Origin: Piromyces finnis finn
Lineage: Eukaryota > Fungi > Neocallimastigomycota
NCBI GenBank assembly: GCA_002104945.1
Contig: MCFH01000037.1
Coordinates: 1-64,000, forward strand
Direction of reading: 5' to 3'
Length of the DNA stretch: 64,000 nucleotides
Part shown: in pieces, positions 52,318 to 64,000 of the stretch
Numbering within the stretch: the first letter of the stretch is position 1
Layout of the letters: each line of letters begins with the position of its first letter
Notes under the pieces: generated by a model
Databases searched by the model: none
Seen by the model: only the letters and a program-made list of their open reading frames with translations
What the model was told of the DNA's origin: nothing
Position numbers and translations under genes: made by a program

Positions 52318-52351
<34 letters not shown>

Positions 52352-54309
52352 GAAAATTTATATATAATTTTAAATTTTTATTATTGGTTGTTATTCCTCA
52401 ATAGTACATCATAGTTTATATTTTTTATATTATCTATTTACATACATGAAATGTTTTGAAAAGCAAAAACAAAAACAAAAACATGTGAAATATAAATTAA
52501 ATATAAATATTTAATTATATATAATTGTACATATTTTAATTAAAAGAAATAATAAAAAAAAAAGAGAAAAAGTATTGAAAAAAAAAAAATGGTTTTATAA
52601 AGTAGTAATATTACTTTATAAAAAATTTCTTTTATCATTAAGATTTATTATTAGTGTTAATATTATTACCTAATCTCATTGCTTTGTTTTATTTATGTAC
52701 TTTTTCTTTCTCTGATATCATATTCATATTTATTTTTATTTCTTTATTAAAAAATAAAAGAAAAACAAGTAGGTTTTTTATTAAAATATCCATACCCATA
52801 TTAAGGAAAGATTTTACATTTTTGCTTTAGATTTTTTTTAAAAATCTCTATTAATTCTGAACCAATAAGATAAAAGATAAAGGTTTATTAAAATATGTGA
52901 TCTATCCATTTTAAAAATAAAAAAAAAAGATTTCTGATATGAAATTAATATGTCTAGCTACATATTAGCCAATATTTAAAATAATTTTTATTATTTAAAA
53001 TATTCAATTTCATCTTTAAAAATTTATATATAATATTTCATAATAATAATATAATAATTGATATATATTATAATACATTATTTATATATTAGTTATAGAA
53101 TTCATGTACATATTTCATTATATTCTTAAATATTAATATTATATATTAGTATTAATTTTATTGTAATACTTATTTGTATTACATTACTTTTTCCTTATAT
53201 AGTAATATTTCATATAAAATGTAAAATATATTATACTATATCCTATTTAATTATTATTCATATATTATGAATACATTACATTATATAATTGATATTCAAT
53301 TATAGGGATTTTATAATATAAAAATATTCATGTAAAAATAATTAATAATTAGAAAGAAGAGTTTTAATAATTAATAAGAAAATATTATAAGTGAAATTAT
53401 TAATAAGAGAGAAGTTAATAGTAATAAAATATTTTTCACCTAATATAATAAATTATAAATAAACTAATATTAAATTACTACAACATAAAAGAAACTTATA
53501 TCATTTCATTTATCATGTGATTTAAATTAATAATATATATTATAAAACTGAAGATTCTTTAAATTTAAAAGATTTCTTCCTGTTATTATAAGAAACTGTA
53601 CATAATTATTAAAAAAAAATTGAAAAACTTAAAAAATATTTTTTATATCACATTAATAGATCATATTGAATATTAAATATTGAATACTTTTAAAATAGTA
53701 TAAATACTTTACATTAATATTAATATTTACTATATAAAATAAAGAGTATTATACATTTTCAATTATTCCATTCTATATAATATAAAATATTAAAATTTTT
53801 ATTGATATGAATATAAATCTTCTATATAAATAATAATTAATTAAATATTTAACTTCTAATTAATTATTTTTAATGGTAAGAATAAATATTAAAATACATT
53901 ATTAAAACAATAATGTAAAAAAGAAAAAATAATATTAATAATTTTAAAATTTATGTAATATTATTGTTGTTATGAATAATTAATAAATAATTTATTATAT
54001 TCGTTTTAATTATACTAAAATAATAATGATGATAATTTTATTTGAATTAGAAGAAGTTATACCTAACTTTGTCTTTTTAAAGTATTTTATCGATATTAAT
54101 ATTTTGAAAAAAAAATTGACAAAACTTATTATCATTTATGTTAAAAAATGTAAATAACTATGATTATTGAAAATAAATATATATAAATATATATATATTT
54201 GGATTATACTGTACTATATTTCAGTATTTATTTATCTAATGTAAAAGCAATTCTTGTTGTAAAAAAAAAACTCAACTATATTTGTTCTGATTATAATTTG
54301 CTTAATATT

Positions 54310-55445
54310 TTAAAGACTTAATCCATATAAACTTGGATTTTCTCTTGTCTCATCAATATTAATTGTGTGGAACTTATTATTATCTAATTTTTTTATTTTA
54401 TAACTTGAATTGTCATTATCATTAACATTAGAACCAGAAGAAACTAAGGTTTTAATGCCTTTAATTTTAGAACCAATAAAACTAAATAATTTTCTTCCAA
54501 TATTCTTTTCCATTTGATTATTCTAAAAAAATTTTATAAATAAAATTAATATCGAAAATTATCTAAAATTATTTAAAATTTATTAATATATTATAATTAT
54601 ATTGTAATATATATAAATTTTTAATTTACCTGATATGGGAAATTAACCATTTGATAAGAAAAATAAATAATAGTCACTGAAAGAACATCCCAAAAGATGT
54701 CAAAAGCAGGTTGATAGCTTGTTACGGAAATTAATGGGTAAATGATAATCTTTGCTATTGTAATTATAATTAATTCTAATATACCTTCGCTTACTAAATT
54801 ACTTAATTTTTCATTTTTTGTATTTAATTCTTTTAAGTTTTTTAGAGCATTATATATAATAATACAAATTGCACCAAGAGAAAAAAGGGAATCAATAATA
54901 TCGAATATCATAACAAAATAAATATATTTTGAATCATTTGTAACACCACAACCCATAAATTCAACAAATTCATATTTGAATTGGTTTAGATTCAAAAAAT
55001 AGCTTCCACAATAAAGTGCGCTTAGAATTATTGATATAATTGTAATAAAGTAAAATTTTGACTTACTAAGATAGATTTTTGATATAAGGGATAATCTAAA
55101 CGTTGTTAACCATGAAAGTGGTGCCCAATTTAAAGTAGCCGAAGCTTTAAATAGTGTATAAAAGATATAACAATTATCAGGATGATATATAAAATGAGCT
55201 ATATCGTTTGCATTATTAGCAAATGCAAAAGCTGCAGCAACAAATGGAAATAAAAAGTTTAAATTTTTGTGTTGAATATATCCTACTGCTGACTTTATGG
55301 TATATTTAAAATAAATGTAACAACTTATAACTATACCAATAGATATAATTCTTAATGCTACTGTTTGATTCGAGTTATCAAATTCAAGTACTTTATCCTT
55401 ACTTCTTTTCTGTAATAGATTCTCCAGGATAGAGTTATATTCCAT
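54310..55445 (-). CDS. Seven-transmembrane (GPCR-like) protein, 2 exons (55445-54630, 54522-54310), ~340 aa
   Basis: Seven hydrophobic segments by eye. A phase-0 GT-AG intron joins a polar cytoplasmic tail. Confidence 0.65.
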
Positions 55446-56990
55446 TATTACTATTTCTTATTTTATTTTATATTAATATATTAATAATGTTTTGATAATA
55501 TGGATATTATTTTAAAATTGTAATTTTCTATGTGTCAATTTATATAAATTTATTTTACTTTCAACTCAAATATATAATATAATTCTACAATTATTGGAAA
55601 TTTAAAATACTAAATGCTTTTAAAAATAAATAATAATTTATTTTTTTTTTGAAATGGTATTGAAATACACCTTAATATTACATAAAATATTAAGATGAAC
55701 TCTTTATTTAAAAAAAAATACAATATAATTAATGCTTAATGATTCTTGTTATTTGTTATATTTTCTATTAAAAAGAATTTTTTTTTTAAAAAAAAAAAAT
55801 AATAATAATAAATAGTACTAATATTTTTAATTAGAAATACAATGGAATTTATTATATATTAGATTATACATTTAATATTACCTAAATAATATAATGTGAA
55901 TTAAAAATTGATAGCTTGTTGATAATTTTTAAATATGTATATATTAATATTAATATATATTAATTCAAATTAGAATATACATTAATATATATATATTCCT
56001 GATTTAAAATTTTAAAAAAAAAAAAAATAAAAATAAATTAAATTTACAATTAAGCAAGAGATTTTTTTTAATGCCAAATATTTAATATTGTATCATGTTC
56101 AAATTACAAATCTTGTTAATTTATTGGGTTACTCAAGCAAAAAAAAGTTAAAAAATTAACATTTCGTTTTTTTGTACTACTAGATTATATACCTTCAATT
56201 TTATTATAATATATTGAAACTATGGCAAAATTGATTAAAAATAATTTTGAATTTAAGCATCGAATCAAATTTGATGATAGACATACAAATAAATAGAAAA
56301 TCTTTATAGATTATTAGGAGAATGCTAAAAAACTAAATAATAAAAGAAAAATAAAATTTATATGATATAAAAAAATATTTTACCTAAAATACTAAAAATT
56401 TGGGTAAATGTTATTTATATATTATTAAATAAATAATAAAATACTGCTAAAATACTTTAAAATATTATTTACTTACCTCTTTAAATTTATATAAGTGAAC
56501 GAATTATAAAATTGAAATAAAAAAATTTAAATTTTAGACATGTTTTTATATTAATTGTTTTTGTATTACACGTTTTTTTTAGTTAATAAAAAATGTTGTC
56601 AATATTAACCCCTTCATTTATTTAATTTTTAATATAGTATGGTTTATATCATTTATTATAGCTTTATAATTAATTTCTATATCTACTTATCTACTATATT
56701 AATTATTTATAATATTGAAAGTTAGAGTCATAAATAGTACAACTGAGTTTTACTGAAATTAATTAGCATTAGGTGATTTAAATTTAGGAATTAACCACTA
56801 AGATATTTAAAAAACTTCATAATATCAATGAGTTTGTCATATTTTTCAATAACTTTATTGATTTTTATATTTTTCTTGGGTTAAGAGTTTAATTGAGTAG
56901 ATAAAATACAATAATATATAGAAAGTATATATTATTTAAAAAATATTTAATACAAATTCTACTAATATTTATAGACATTCCAAAAAAAAA

Positions 56991-57168
<178 letters not shown>

Positions 57169-57645
57169 TACAAATCTTTACATTATTTTTTTTTATATTA
57201 TATAATTAATTTAATAATAGTTCTCATATACAACTAAAATAATTTAAAAAAAAAATAAAGACCTTATATCATAAACAATAATTCAATATAATTATTTAAT
57301 AACAACCATATGAATTTTTATATTTTTATAACAATCATTATTATATTATTAGACAAATTTTAACTTAATAATAAATTATTACTCTTTAATTATTTTATAT
57401 TAATTATTTAATTCTATTTTATTGAATATTTCTTTTTTTTTTTTTTTTTTTTTGGTTATATAAAAATAGTTATTTACATGAAAATAATAGAATAAATGAA
57501 ATGATAAAATTTAATAATAATAATAATAATACATTATAGATACATTGAAATCATTAACCATTATTATTATTAGATTATTGGTATATATATATATATATAT
57601 TGGTATATATTTAAAAAATAAAAAATAAAAATATTAAATTTATTT

Positions 57646-59847
57646 TTAAAGAGTTTCATGGAAAGTTCTGGCAATAACTTCTCTTTGTTGTTGTGGTGAT
57701 AAACGAATAAAGTGAACTGCATATCCTGAAACACGAATGGTTAAGTTTGGATAGTTTTCGGGATGAATCATGGCATCTTCTAATGTTTCACGAACTAAAA
57801 CATTAACATTTAGGTGGAATCCGCCTTGACTAAAGTAGCCATCTAATAATCCTGTAAGATTAATAATACGCTCGTTTTCAATTTTACCTAACACGGTAGG
57901 AACAAATGTAAATGTATTGGAAATACCATCTTTACAATATTCATATTCAACTTTACTAACGGAATTGAGTGAAGCTACTGCGCCATTAGTTTCACGACCA
58001 TGCATTGGATTACATCCTGGTGCAAATGCTTCTCCACTTTTACGTCCATCAGGTGTGGATCCTGTCTTCTTACCATAAACAACATTAGATGTAATGGTTA
58101 AAATAGATAATGTATGTTCTGCTCCTCTGTATGCTGGATATTTCTTTAATTTACCAAGGAATATTTTAGGGAGTTCAATGGCAAATTGATCAACACGATC
58201 ATCATCATTTCCGAATTTGGGGAAATCGCCTTCAATTTTGAAGTCGGTAGTTAATCCTGTTTCAGGATTACGAATTGGAAATACTTTAGCATGCTTAATA
58301 GCTGAGAATGAATCAACAATGACAGAGAAACCTGCAATACCAAATGCCATGTAACGATGAACATTTGTATCGTGTAATGCCATTTGAACAGCTTCATAGC
58401 AATATCTATCATGAGAGTAGTGAATGGTGTTCATGGTGTTGACATAAAGACATGCAATCCAATCCATTGCTTTATCATAAATTTCCCATGCTGATTCGAA
58501 ATTAACAGATCCATCTTCATTTAATTTGATATCTCCGAAATCTGGTCCGACTTGCTTTTCTGTTCTTTCATCATAACCATGATTGAAAGCATAAAGTAAA
58601 AGTTTGGCCAAGTTGCAACGAGCTCCGAAGAATTGCATATCTTTTCCAATTCTCATTTGTGAAACGCAACAGGCAATTGCATAGTCATCTCCAAACATAT
58701 CGTTCATGAGATTATCATTTTCATATTGAATGGATGAAGTATCAATTGAAATTTTGTTACAGAAATTTTTGAAAGATGTTGGAAGTTTATTATTCCATAA
58801 AACGGTGATATTTGGTTCAGGAGCTGCTCCAAGAGTTCTGAGAGTATTAACAATACGATAAGAAGTTTTACTAACTAATGGTCTTCCATCTATTCCCATA
58901 CCACCAACAACCATGGTAACCCATGTTGGATCACCGGCAAATAAGTCATTGTATTCAGGAGTACGTAAATGACGAACTAATCTAAGTTTGATGATTAATT
59001 GATCGATTAAATCTTGAGCTTCTGCTTCCGTCAAAATTCCTTTCTTCATATCATTTTCGATGTATACATCAAAGAAACAATCAACACGGCCAAAAGACAT
59101 GGCTGCTCCATCTTGATCCTTAACACTAGCGAGATAGCCAAAGTAAGTGTATTGAATGGCTTCTTTAGCATTTGTAGCTGGCTTAGAAATATCAAATCCA
59201 TATCTTTGACCAAGACCTTTTAATTCGTTGAGAGCTCTGATTTGTTCTGAAATTTCTTCTCTTGTACGCATACTTTCTTCTGTCATGGTGATTCCAAGAG
59301 AAAGTTTATCTTGTTGTTTCCATTCGATTAATTGATCAACACCGTATAAAGCAACACGACGGTAATCACCAATGATACGACCACGACCATATCCATCTGG
59401 TAAACCTGTGAGAATAGCATTAGATCTTGCTTTTCTCATTTCTGGAGTGTAAAGATCAAAGACACAATCATTGTGAGTTTTACGATATTTGAATATCTCT
59501 TCAACAGAAGGATCAATATTGCGATCATAAGCTTTTAAAGCATTCTTGACAACACGAACACCACCGAATGGCTTAATAGAACGCTTGAGAGGTGCATCAG
59601 TTTGTAAACCAACAATATCTTCTTTTTCTTTTATAATATAACCAGCTTCATGAGAATTAACTGTTGAGATAGTTTTGTTATCAACATCAAGGCAGCCATT
59701 ACTTTTTATTTCTTCAACACGGAGTTCACAACATTTAGCCCATACATCCTTAGTATTTTGAGATGCTTCAGTTACGAGGAATGAAGCATCACCTTCATAT
59801 GGAGTGTAATTTTCTTTAATCCACTTGGCAACGTCAATAACTTGCAT
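57646..59847 (-). CDS. pflB: Pyruvate formate-lyase, cytosolic-type, intronless, 733 aa (left palindrome arm)
   Basis: IACCVS and RVSGY present; no presequence. Confidence 0.96.
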   Translation of the reverse strand: MQVIDVAKWIKENYTPYEGDASFLVTEASQNTKDVWAKCCELRVEEIKSNGCLDVDNKTISTVNSHEAGYIIKEKEDIVGLQTDAPLKRSIKPFGGVRVVKNALKAYDRNIDPSVEEIFKYRKTHNDCVFDLYTPEMRKARSNAILTGLPDGYGRGRIIGDYRRVALYGVDQLIEWKQQDKLSLGITMTEESMRTREEISEQIRALNELKGLGQRYGFDISKPATNAKEAIQYTYFGYLASVKDQDGAAMSFGRVDCFFDVYIENDMKKGILTEAEAQDLIDQLIIKLRLVRHLRTPEYNDLFAGDPTWVTMVVGGMGIDGRPLVSKTSYRIVNTLRTLGAAPEPNITVLWNNKLPTSFKNFCNKISIDTSSIQYENDNLMNDMFGDDYAIACCVSQMRIGKDMQFFGARCNLAKLLLYAFNHGYDERTEKQVGPDFGDIKLNEDGSVNFESAWEIYDKAMDWIACLYVNTMNTIHYSHDRYCYEAVQMALHDTNVHRYMAFGIAGFSVIVDSFSAIKHAKVFPIRNPETGLTTDFKIEGDFPKFGNDDDRVDQFAIELPKIFLGKLKKYPAYRGAEHTLSILTITSNVVYGKKTGSTPDGRKSGEAFAPGCNPMHGRETNGAVASLNSVSKVEYEYCKDGISNTFTFVPTVLGKIENERIINLTGLLDGYFSQGGFHLNVNVLVRETLEDAMIHPENYPNLTIRVSGYAVHFIRLSPQQQREVIARTFHETL

Positions 59848-61384
59848 TTTGATAATTTATTAATTCTTTTAAAAATGTAATTTATAAATGTAAATGAAAA
59901 ATTCTATACTATTCTTTAATGATATTTAACAGTTATTATAATTATTAAAATTGTTTTATTATTATTTATATTATTATTAATATTAGTATAATATATATTC
60001 TTTTTAATTATTAAAGGTATATAATATTTTTTCTTGAAAAGAAAAATATTTTAAATTTTAAAAATCTTTAATAAACTTTCTTATTAAAATTTAATATTTA
60101 AATTGATAATGAATAATAAAAAATTTTTTGAGAAATTTTTTTTCTTTTATATTGATTTTTGAATAAATAAAAATTTATAAATCTAATATATTAGTTTATA
60201 ATTTAATATATAAAAATTTATTAAAAATAATATATTTTGTCATACCTTTTTAAATAAAAAATAAAAATAAAAAATTTTATTAATGAAAATTGAACGATAA
60301 ATTTTTGCGAAATAGCCAAAATTATAGAAAACTTTATTTTGAAACACAGGAAACACAGGAATAATTTACATTAATAACTATTTTTTAATATTCAATAAAC
60401 TAACCCTTATATTAAATTTAATGGAATTTTTTACGATTGCAAAAATATTTTTTATAGGACCTTATACTGGAAAAATTAAATTTTACTTATTGACACTTTA
60501 AATAAATATTTTATATTTTAATTTTTTTATTAATTATATGCTCTTTTATTGCTTAATTCTTTAATACTTTGATGTTTATAAGAAGTAGATTAAAATAATT
60601 TCAATTATAATAATGAAAGTAATTGTTTGAATATTTTAATTTAATAAATATAATTTTATGTAATAACTTAAAAAAAAACTTTGAGAAAAAGTAAAAGTAA
60701 CAAATTATGTATATTATTTAGTAAAAAAGGAAAGTTGAAAAGTATTAAATCATACTAAAACGCCATGTATTTTTTAGTTAGTTTATTTATATTAATATCT
60801 AATTCTGTTTAATACTTAATTTTGTAAAATAATTAATATAGTTATTTGAAATATTCAAAAAGGTTAAAATTAAATATAGAAAATTCTCCCTAGAATTAAA
60901 GTTTTTTTTTTCGGTTGTTTTAGCAAAAATTTATCGTTCAATTTTCATTAATAAAAATTTTTTATTTTTATTTTTTATTTAAAAAGGTATGACAAAATAT
61001 ATTATTTTTAATAAATTTTTATATATTAAATTATAAACTAATATATTAGATTTATAAATTTTTATTTATTCAAAAATCAATATAAAAGAAAAAAAATTTC
61101 TCAAAAAATTTTTTATTATTCATTATCAATTTAAATATTAAATTTTAATAAGAAAGTTTATTAAAGATTTTTAAAATTTAAAATATTTTTCTTTTCAAGA
61201 AAAAATATTATATACCTTTAATAATTAAAAAGAATATATATTATACTAATATTAATAATAATATAAATAATAATAAAACAATTTTAATAATTATAATAAC
61301 TGTTAAATATCATTAAAGAATAGCATAGAATTTTTCATTTACATTTATAAATTACATTTTTAAAAGAATTAATAAATTATCAAA

Positions 61385-63586
61385 ATGCAAGTTATTGACG
61401 TTGCCAAGTGGATTAAAGAAAATTACACTCCATATGAAGGTGATGCTTCATTCCTCGTAACTGAAGCATCTCAAAATACTAAGGATGTATGGGCTAAATG
61501 TTGTGAACTCCGTGTTGAAGAAATAAAAAGTAATGGCTGCCTTGATGTTGATAACAAAACTATCTCAACAGTTAATTCTCATGAAGCTGGTTATATTATA
61601 AAAGAAAAAGAAGATATTGTTGGTTTACAAACTGATGCACCTCTCAAGCGTTCTATTAAGCCATTCGGTGGTGTTCGTGTTGTCAAGAATGCTTTAAAAG
61701 CTTATGATCGCAATATTGATCCTTCTGTTGAAGAGATATTCAAATATCGTAAAACTCACAATGATTGTGTCTTTGATCTTTACACTCCAGAAATGAGAAA
61801 AGCAAGATCTAATGCTATTCTCACAGGTTTACCAGATGGATATGGTCGTGGTCGTATCATTGGTGATTACCGTCGTGTTGCTTTATACGGTGTTGATCAA
61901 TTAATCGAATGGAAACAACAAGATAAACTTTCTCTTGGAATCACCATGACAGAAGAAAGTATGCGTACAAGAGAAGAAATTTCAGAACAAATCAGAGCTC
62001 TCAACGAATTAAAAGGTCTTGGTCAAAGATATGGATTTGATATTTCTAAGCCAGCTACAAATGCTAAAGAAGCCATTCAATACACTTACTTTGGCTATCT
62101 CGCTAGTGTTAAGGATCAAGATGGAGCAGCCATGTCTTTTGGCCGTGTTGATTGTTTCTTTGATGTATACATCGAAAATGATATGAAGAAAGGAATTTTG
62201 ACGGAAGCAGAAGCTCAAGATTTAATCGATCAATTAATCATCAAACTTAGATTAGTTCGTCATTTACGTACTCCTGAATACAATGACTTATTTGCCGGTG
62301 ATCCAACATGGGTTACCATGGTTGTTGGTGGTATGGGAATAGATGGAAGACCATTAGTTAGTAAAACTTCTTATCGTATTGTTAATACTCTCAGAACTCT
62401 TGGAGCAGCTCCTGAACCAAATATCACCGTTTTATGGAATAATAAACTTCCAACATCTTTCAAAAATTTCTGTAACAAAATTTCAATTGATACTTCATCC
62501 ATTCAATATGAAAATGATAATCTCATGAACGATATGTTTGGAGATGACTATGCAATTGCCTGTTGCGTTTCACAAATGAGAATTGGAAAAGATATGCAAT
62601 TCTTCGGAGCTCGTTGCAACTTGGCCAAACTTTTACTTTATGCTTTCAATCATGGTTATGATGAAAGAACAGAAAAGCAAGTCGGACCAGATTTCGGAGA
62701 TATCAAATTAAATGAAGATGGATCTGTTAATTTCGAATCAGCATGGGAAATTTATGATAAAGCAATGGATTGGATTGCATGTCTTTATGTCAACACCATG
62801 AACACCATTCACTACTCTCATGATAGATATTGCTATGAAGCTGTTCAAATGGCATTACACGATACAAATGTTCATCGTTACATGGCATTTGGTATTGCAG
62901 GTTTCTCTGTCATTGTTGATTCATTCTCAGCTATTAAGCATGCTAAAGTATTTCCAATTCGTAATCCTGAAACAGGATTAACTACCGACTTCAAAATTGA
63001 AGGCGATTTCCCCAAATTCGGAAATGATGATGATCGTGTTGATCAATTTGCCATTGAACTCCCTAAAATATTCCTTGGTAAATTAAAGAAATATCCAGCA
63101 TACAGAGGAGCAGAACATACATTATCTATTTTAACCATTACATCTAATGTTGTTTATGGTAAGAAGACAGGATCCACACCTGATGGACGTAAAAGTGGAG
63201 AAGCATTTGCACCAGGATGTAATCCAATGCATGGTCGTGAAACTAATGGCGCAGTAGCTTCACTCAATTCCGTTAGTAAAGTTGAATATGAATATTGTAA
63301 AGATGGTATTTCCAATACATTTACATTTGTTCCTACCGTGTTAGGTAAAATTGAAAACGAGCGTATTATTAATCTTACAGGATTATTAGATGGCTACTTT
63401 AGTCAAGGCGGATTCCACCTAAATGTTAATGTTTTAGTTCGTGAAACATTAGAAGATGCCATGATTCATCCCGAAAACTATCCAAACTTAACCATTCGTG
63501 TTTCAGGATATGCAGTTCACTTTATTCGTTTATCACCACAACAACAAAGAGAAGTTATTGCCAGAACTTTCCATGAAACTCTTTAA
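61385..63586 (+). CDS. pflB: Pyruvate formate-lyase, cytosolic-type, intronless, 733 aa (right palindrome arm)
   Basis: Translation identical to 57646-59847. Confidence 0.96.
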   Translation: MQVIDVAKWIKENYTPYEGDASFLVTEASQNTKDVWAKCCELRVEEIKSNGCLDVDNKTISTVNSHEAGYIIKEKEDIVGLQTDAPLKRSIKPFGGVRVVKNALKAYDRNIDPSVEEIFKYRKTHNDCVFDLYTPEMRKARSNAILTGLPDGYGRGRIIGDYRRVALYGVDQLIEWKQQDKLSLGITMTEESMRTREEISEQIRALNELKGLGQRYGFDISKPATNAKEAIQYTYFGYLASVKDQDGAAMSFGRVDCFFDVYIENDMKKGILTEAEAQDLIDQLIIKLRLVRHLRTPEYNDLFAGDPTWVTMVVGGMGIDGRPLVSKTSYRIVNTLRTLGAAPEPNITVLWNNKLPTSFKNFCNKISIDTSSIQYENDNLMNDMFGDDYAIACCVSQMRIGKDMQFFGARCNLAKLLLYAFNHGYDERTEKQVGPDFGDIKLNEDGSVNFESAWEIYDKAMDWIACLYVNTMNTIHYSHDRYCYEAVQMALHDTNVHRYMAFGIAGFSVIVDSFSAIKHAKVFPIRNPETGLTTDFKIEGDFPKFGNDDDRVDQFAIELPKIFLGKLKKYPAYRGAEHTLSILTITSNVVYGKKTGSTPDGRKSGEAFAPGCNPMHGRETNGAVASLNSVSKVEYEYCKDGISNTFTFVPTVLGKIENERIINLTGLLDGYFSQGGFHLNVNVLVRETLEDAMIHPENYPNLTIRVSGYAVHFIRLSPQQQREVIARTFHETL

Positions 63587-64000
63587 AAATAAATTTAATA
63601 TTTTTATTTTTTATTTTTTAAATATATACCAATATATATATATATATATACCAGTAATCTAATAATAATAATAGTTATTATTATTATTTGATTATTGTTT
63701 ACTTTTAAGGATATCTATTTATAAAATTTAAATTAATTAATGATAAAAATTTATAAATTTTTTGTAATAAAAAGAAAAAGTTATTTTCTAGTTGATAATC
63801 ATTATCATTAAATATGTAAATATTAAAACTATAAACATACGTCTATTTATAAACATTCAAATAAAAAAATTATTAAAAAATAAAAAGAATTTTTTATTAT
63901 ATTTTAAGTAATATTATAATTTATTTATTATTTATTTTTTTATATACACATTTATATGTAAATAGTTAATATTAAATACTGAATGTATTTTTTTAGTAGA

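Larger units (their letters stand above)
57555..63677. repeat. Large inverted repeat: ~2.75-kb arms (~57555-60308 and ~60923-63677) with a ~610-bp spacer
   Basis: The arms are reverse complements over the PFL CDS, ~460 bp upstream and ~90 bp downstream, with few differences seen. Confidence 0.92.

Overview
Very AT-rich, intron-containing eukaryotic DNA. The hydrogenosome-type pyruvate formate-lyase and the base composition suggest an anaerobic gut fungus (Neocallimastigomycota; inference). The window is a pyruvate-metabolism cluster with five pyruvate formate-lyase (PFL) genes and two PFL relics. One PFL is cut by the window edge, one has an organellar presequence, one has a 7-nt first exon, and two form a head-to-head palindrome. 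The standout is a 7-exon minus-strand gene (51798->39970) that the ORF track splits into pieces. Spliced, it encodes a ~3,646-aa pyruvate:ferredoxin/flavodoxin oxidoreductase (PFOR) followed by 13 tandem flavodoxin-like domains, with no FAD/NADPH reductase module. Also present: two intact, recent APE-RT LINE copies in tandem inside one 11-bp target-site duplication, headed by structured ~125-bp monomers; an older LINE copy split by an inversion; a BRO1/ALIX gene; two tandem paralogous type II membrane proteins; a 7TM protein; and two long TAAA/TTTA microsatellites. All splice models and alignments were done by eye.
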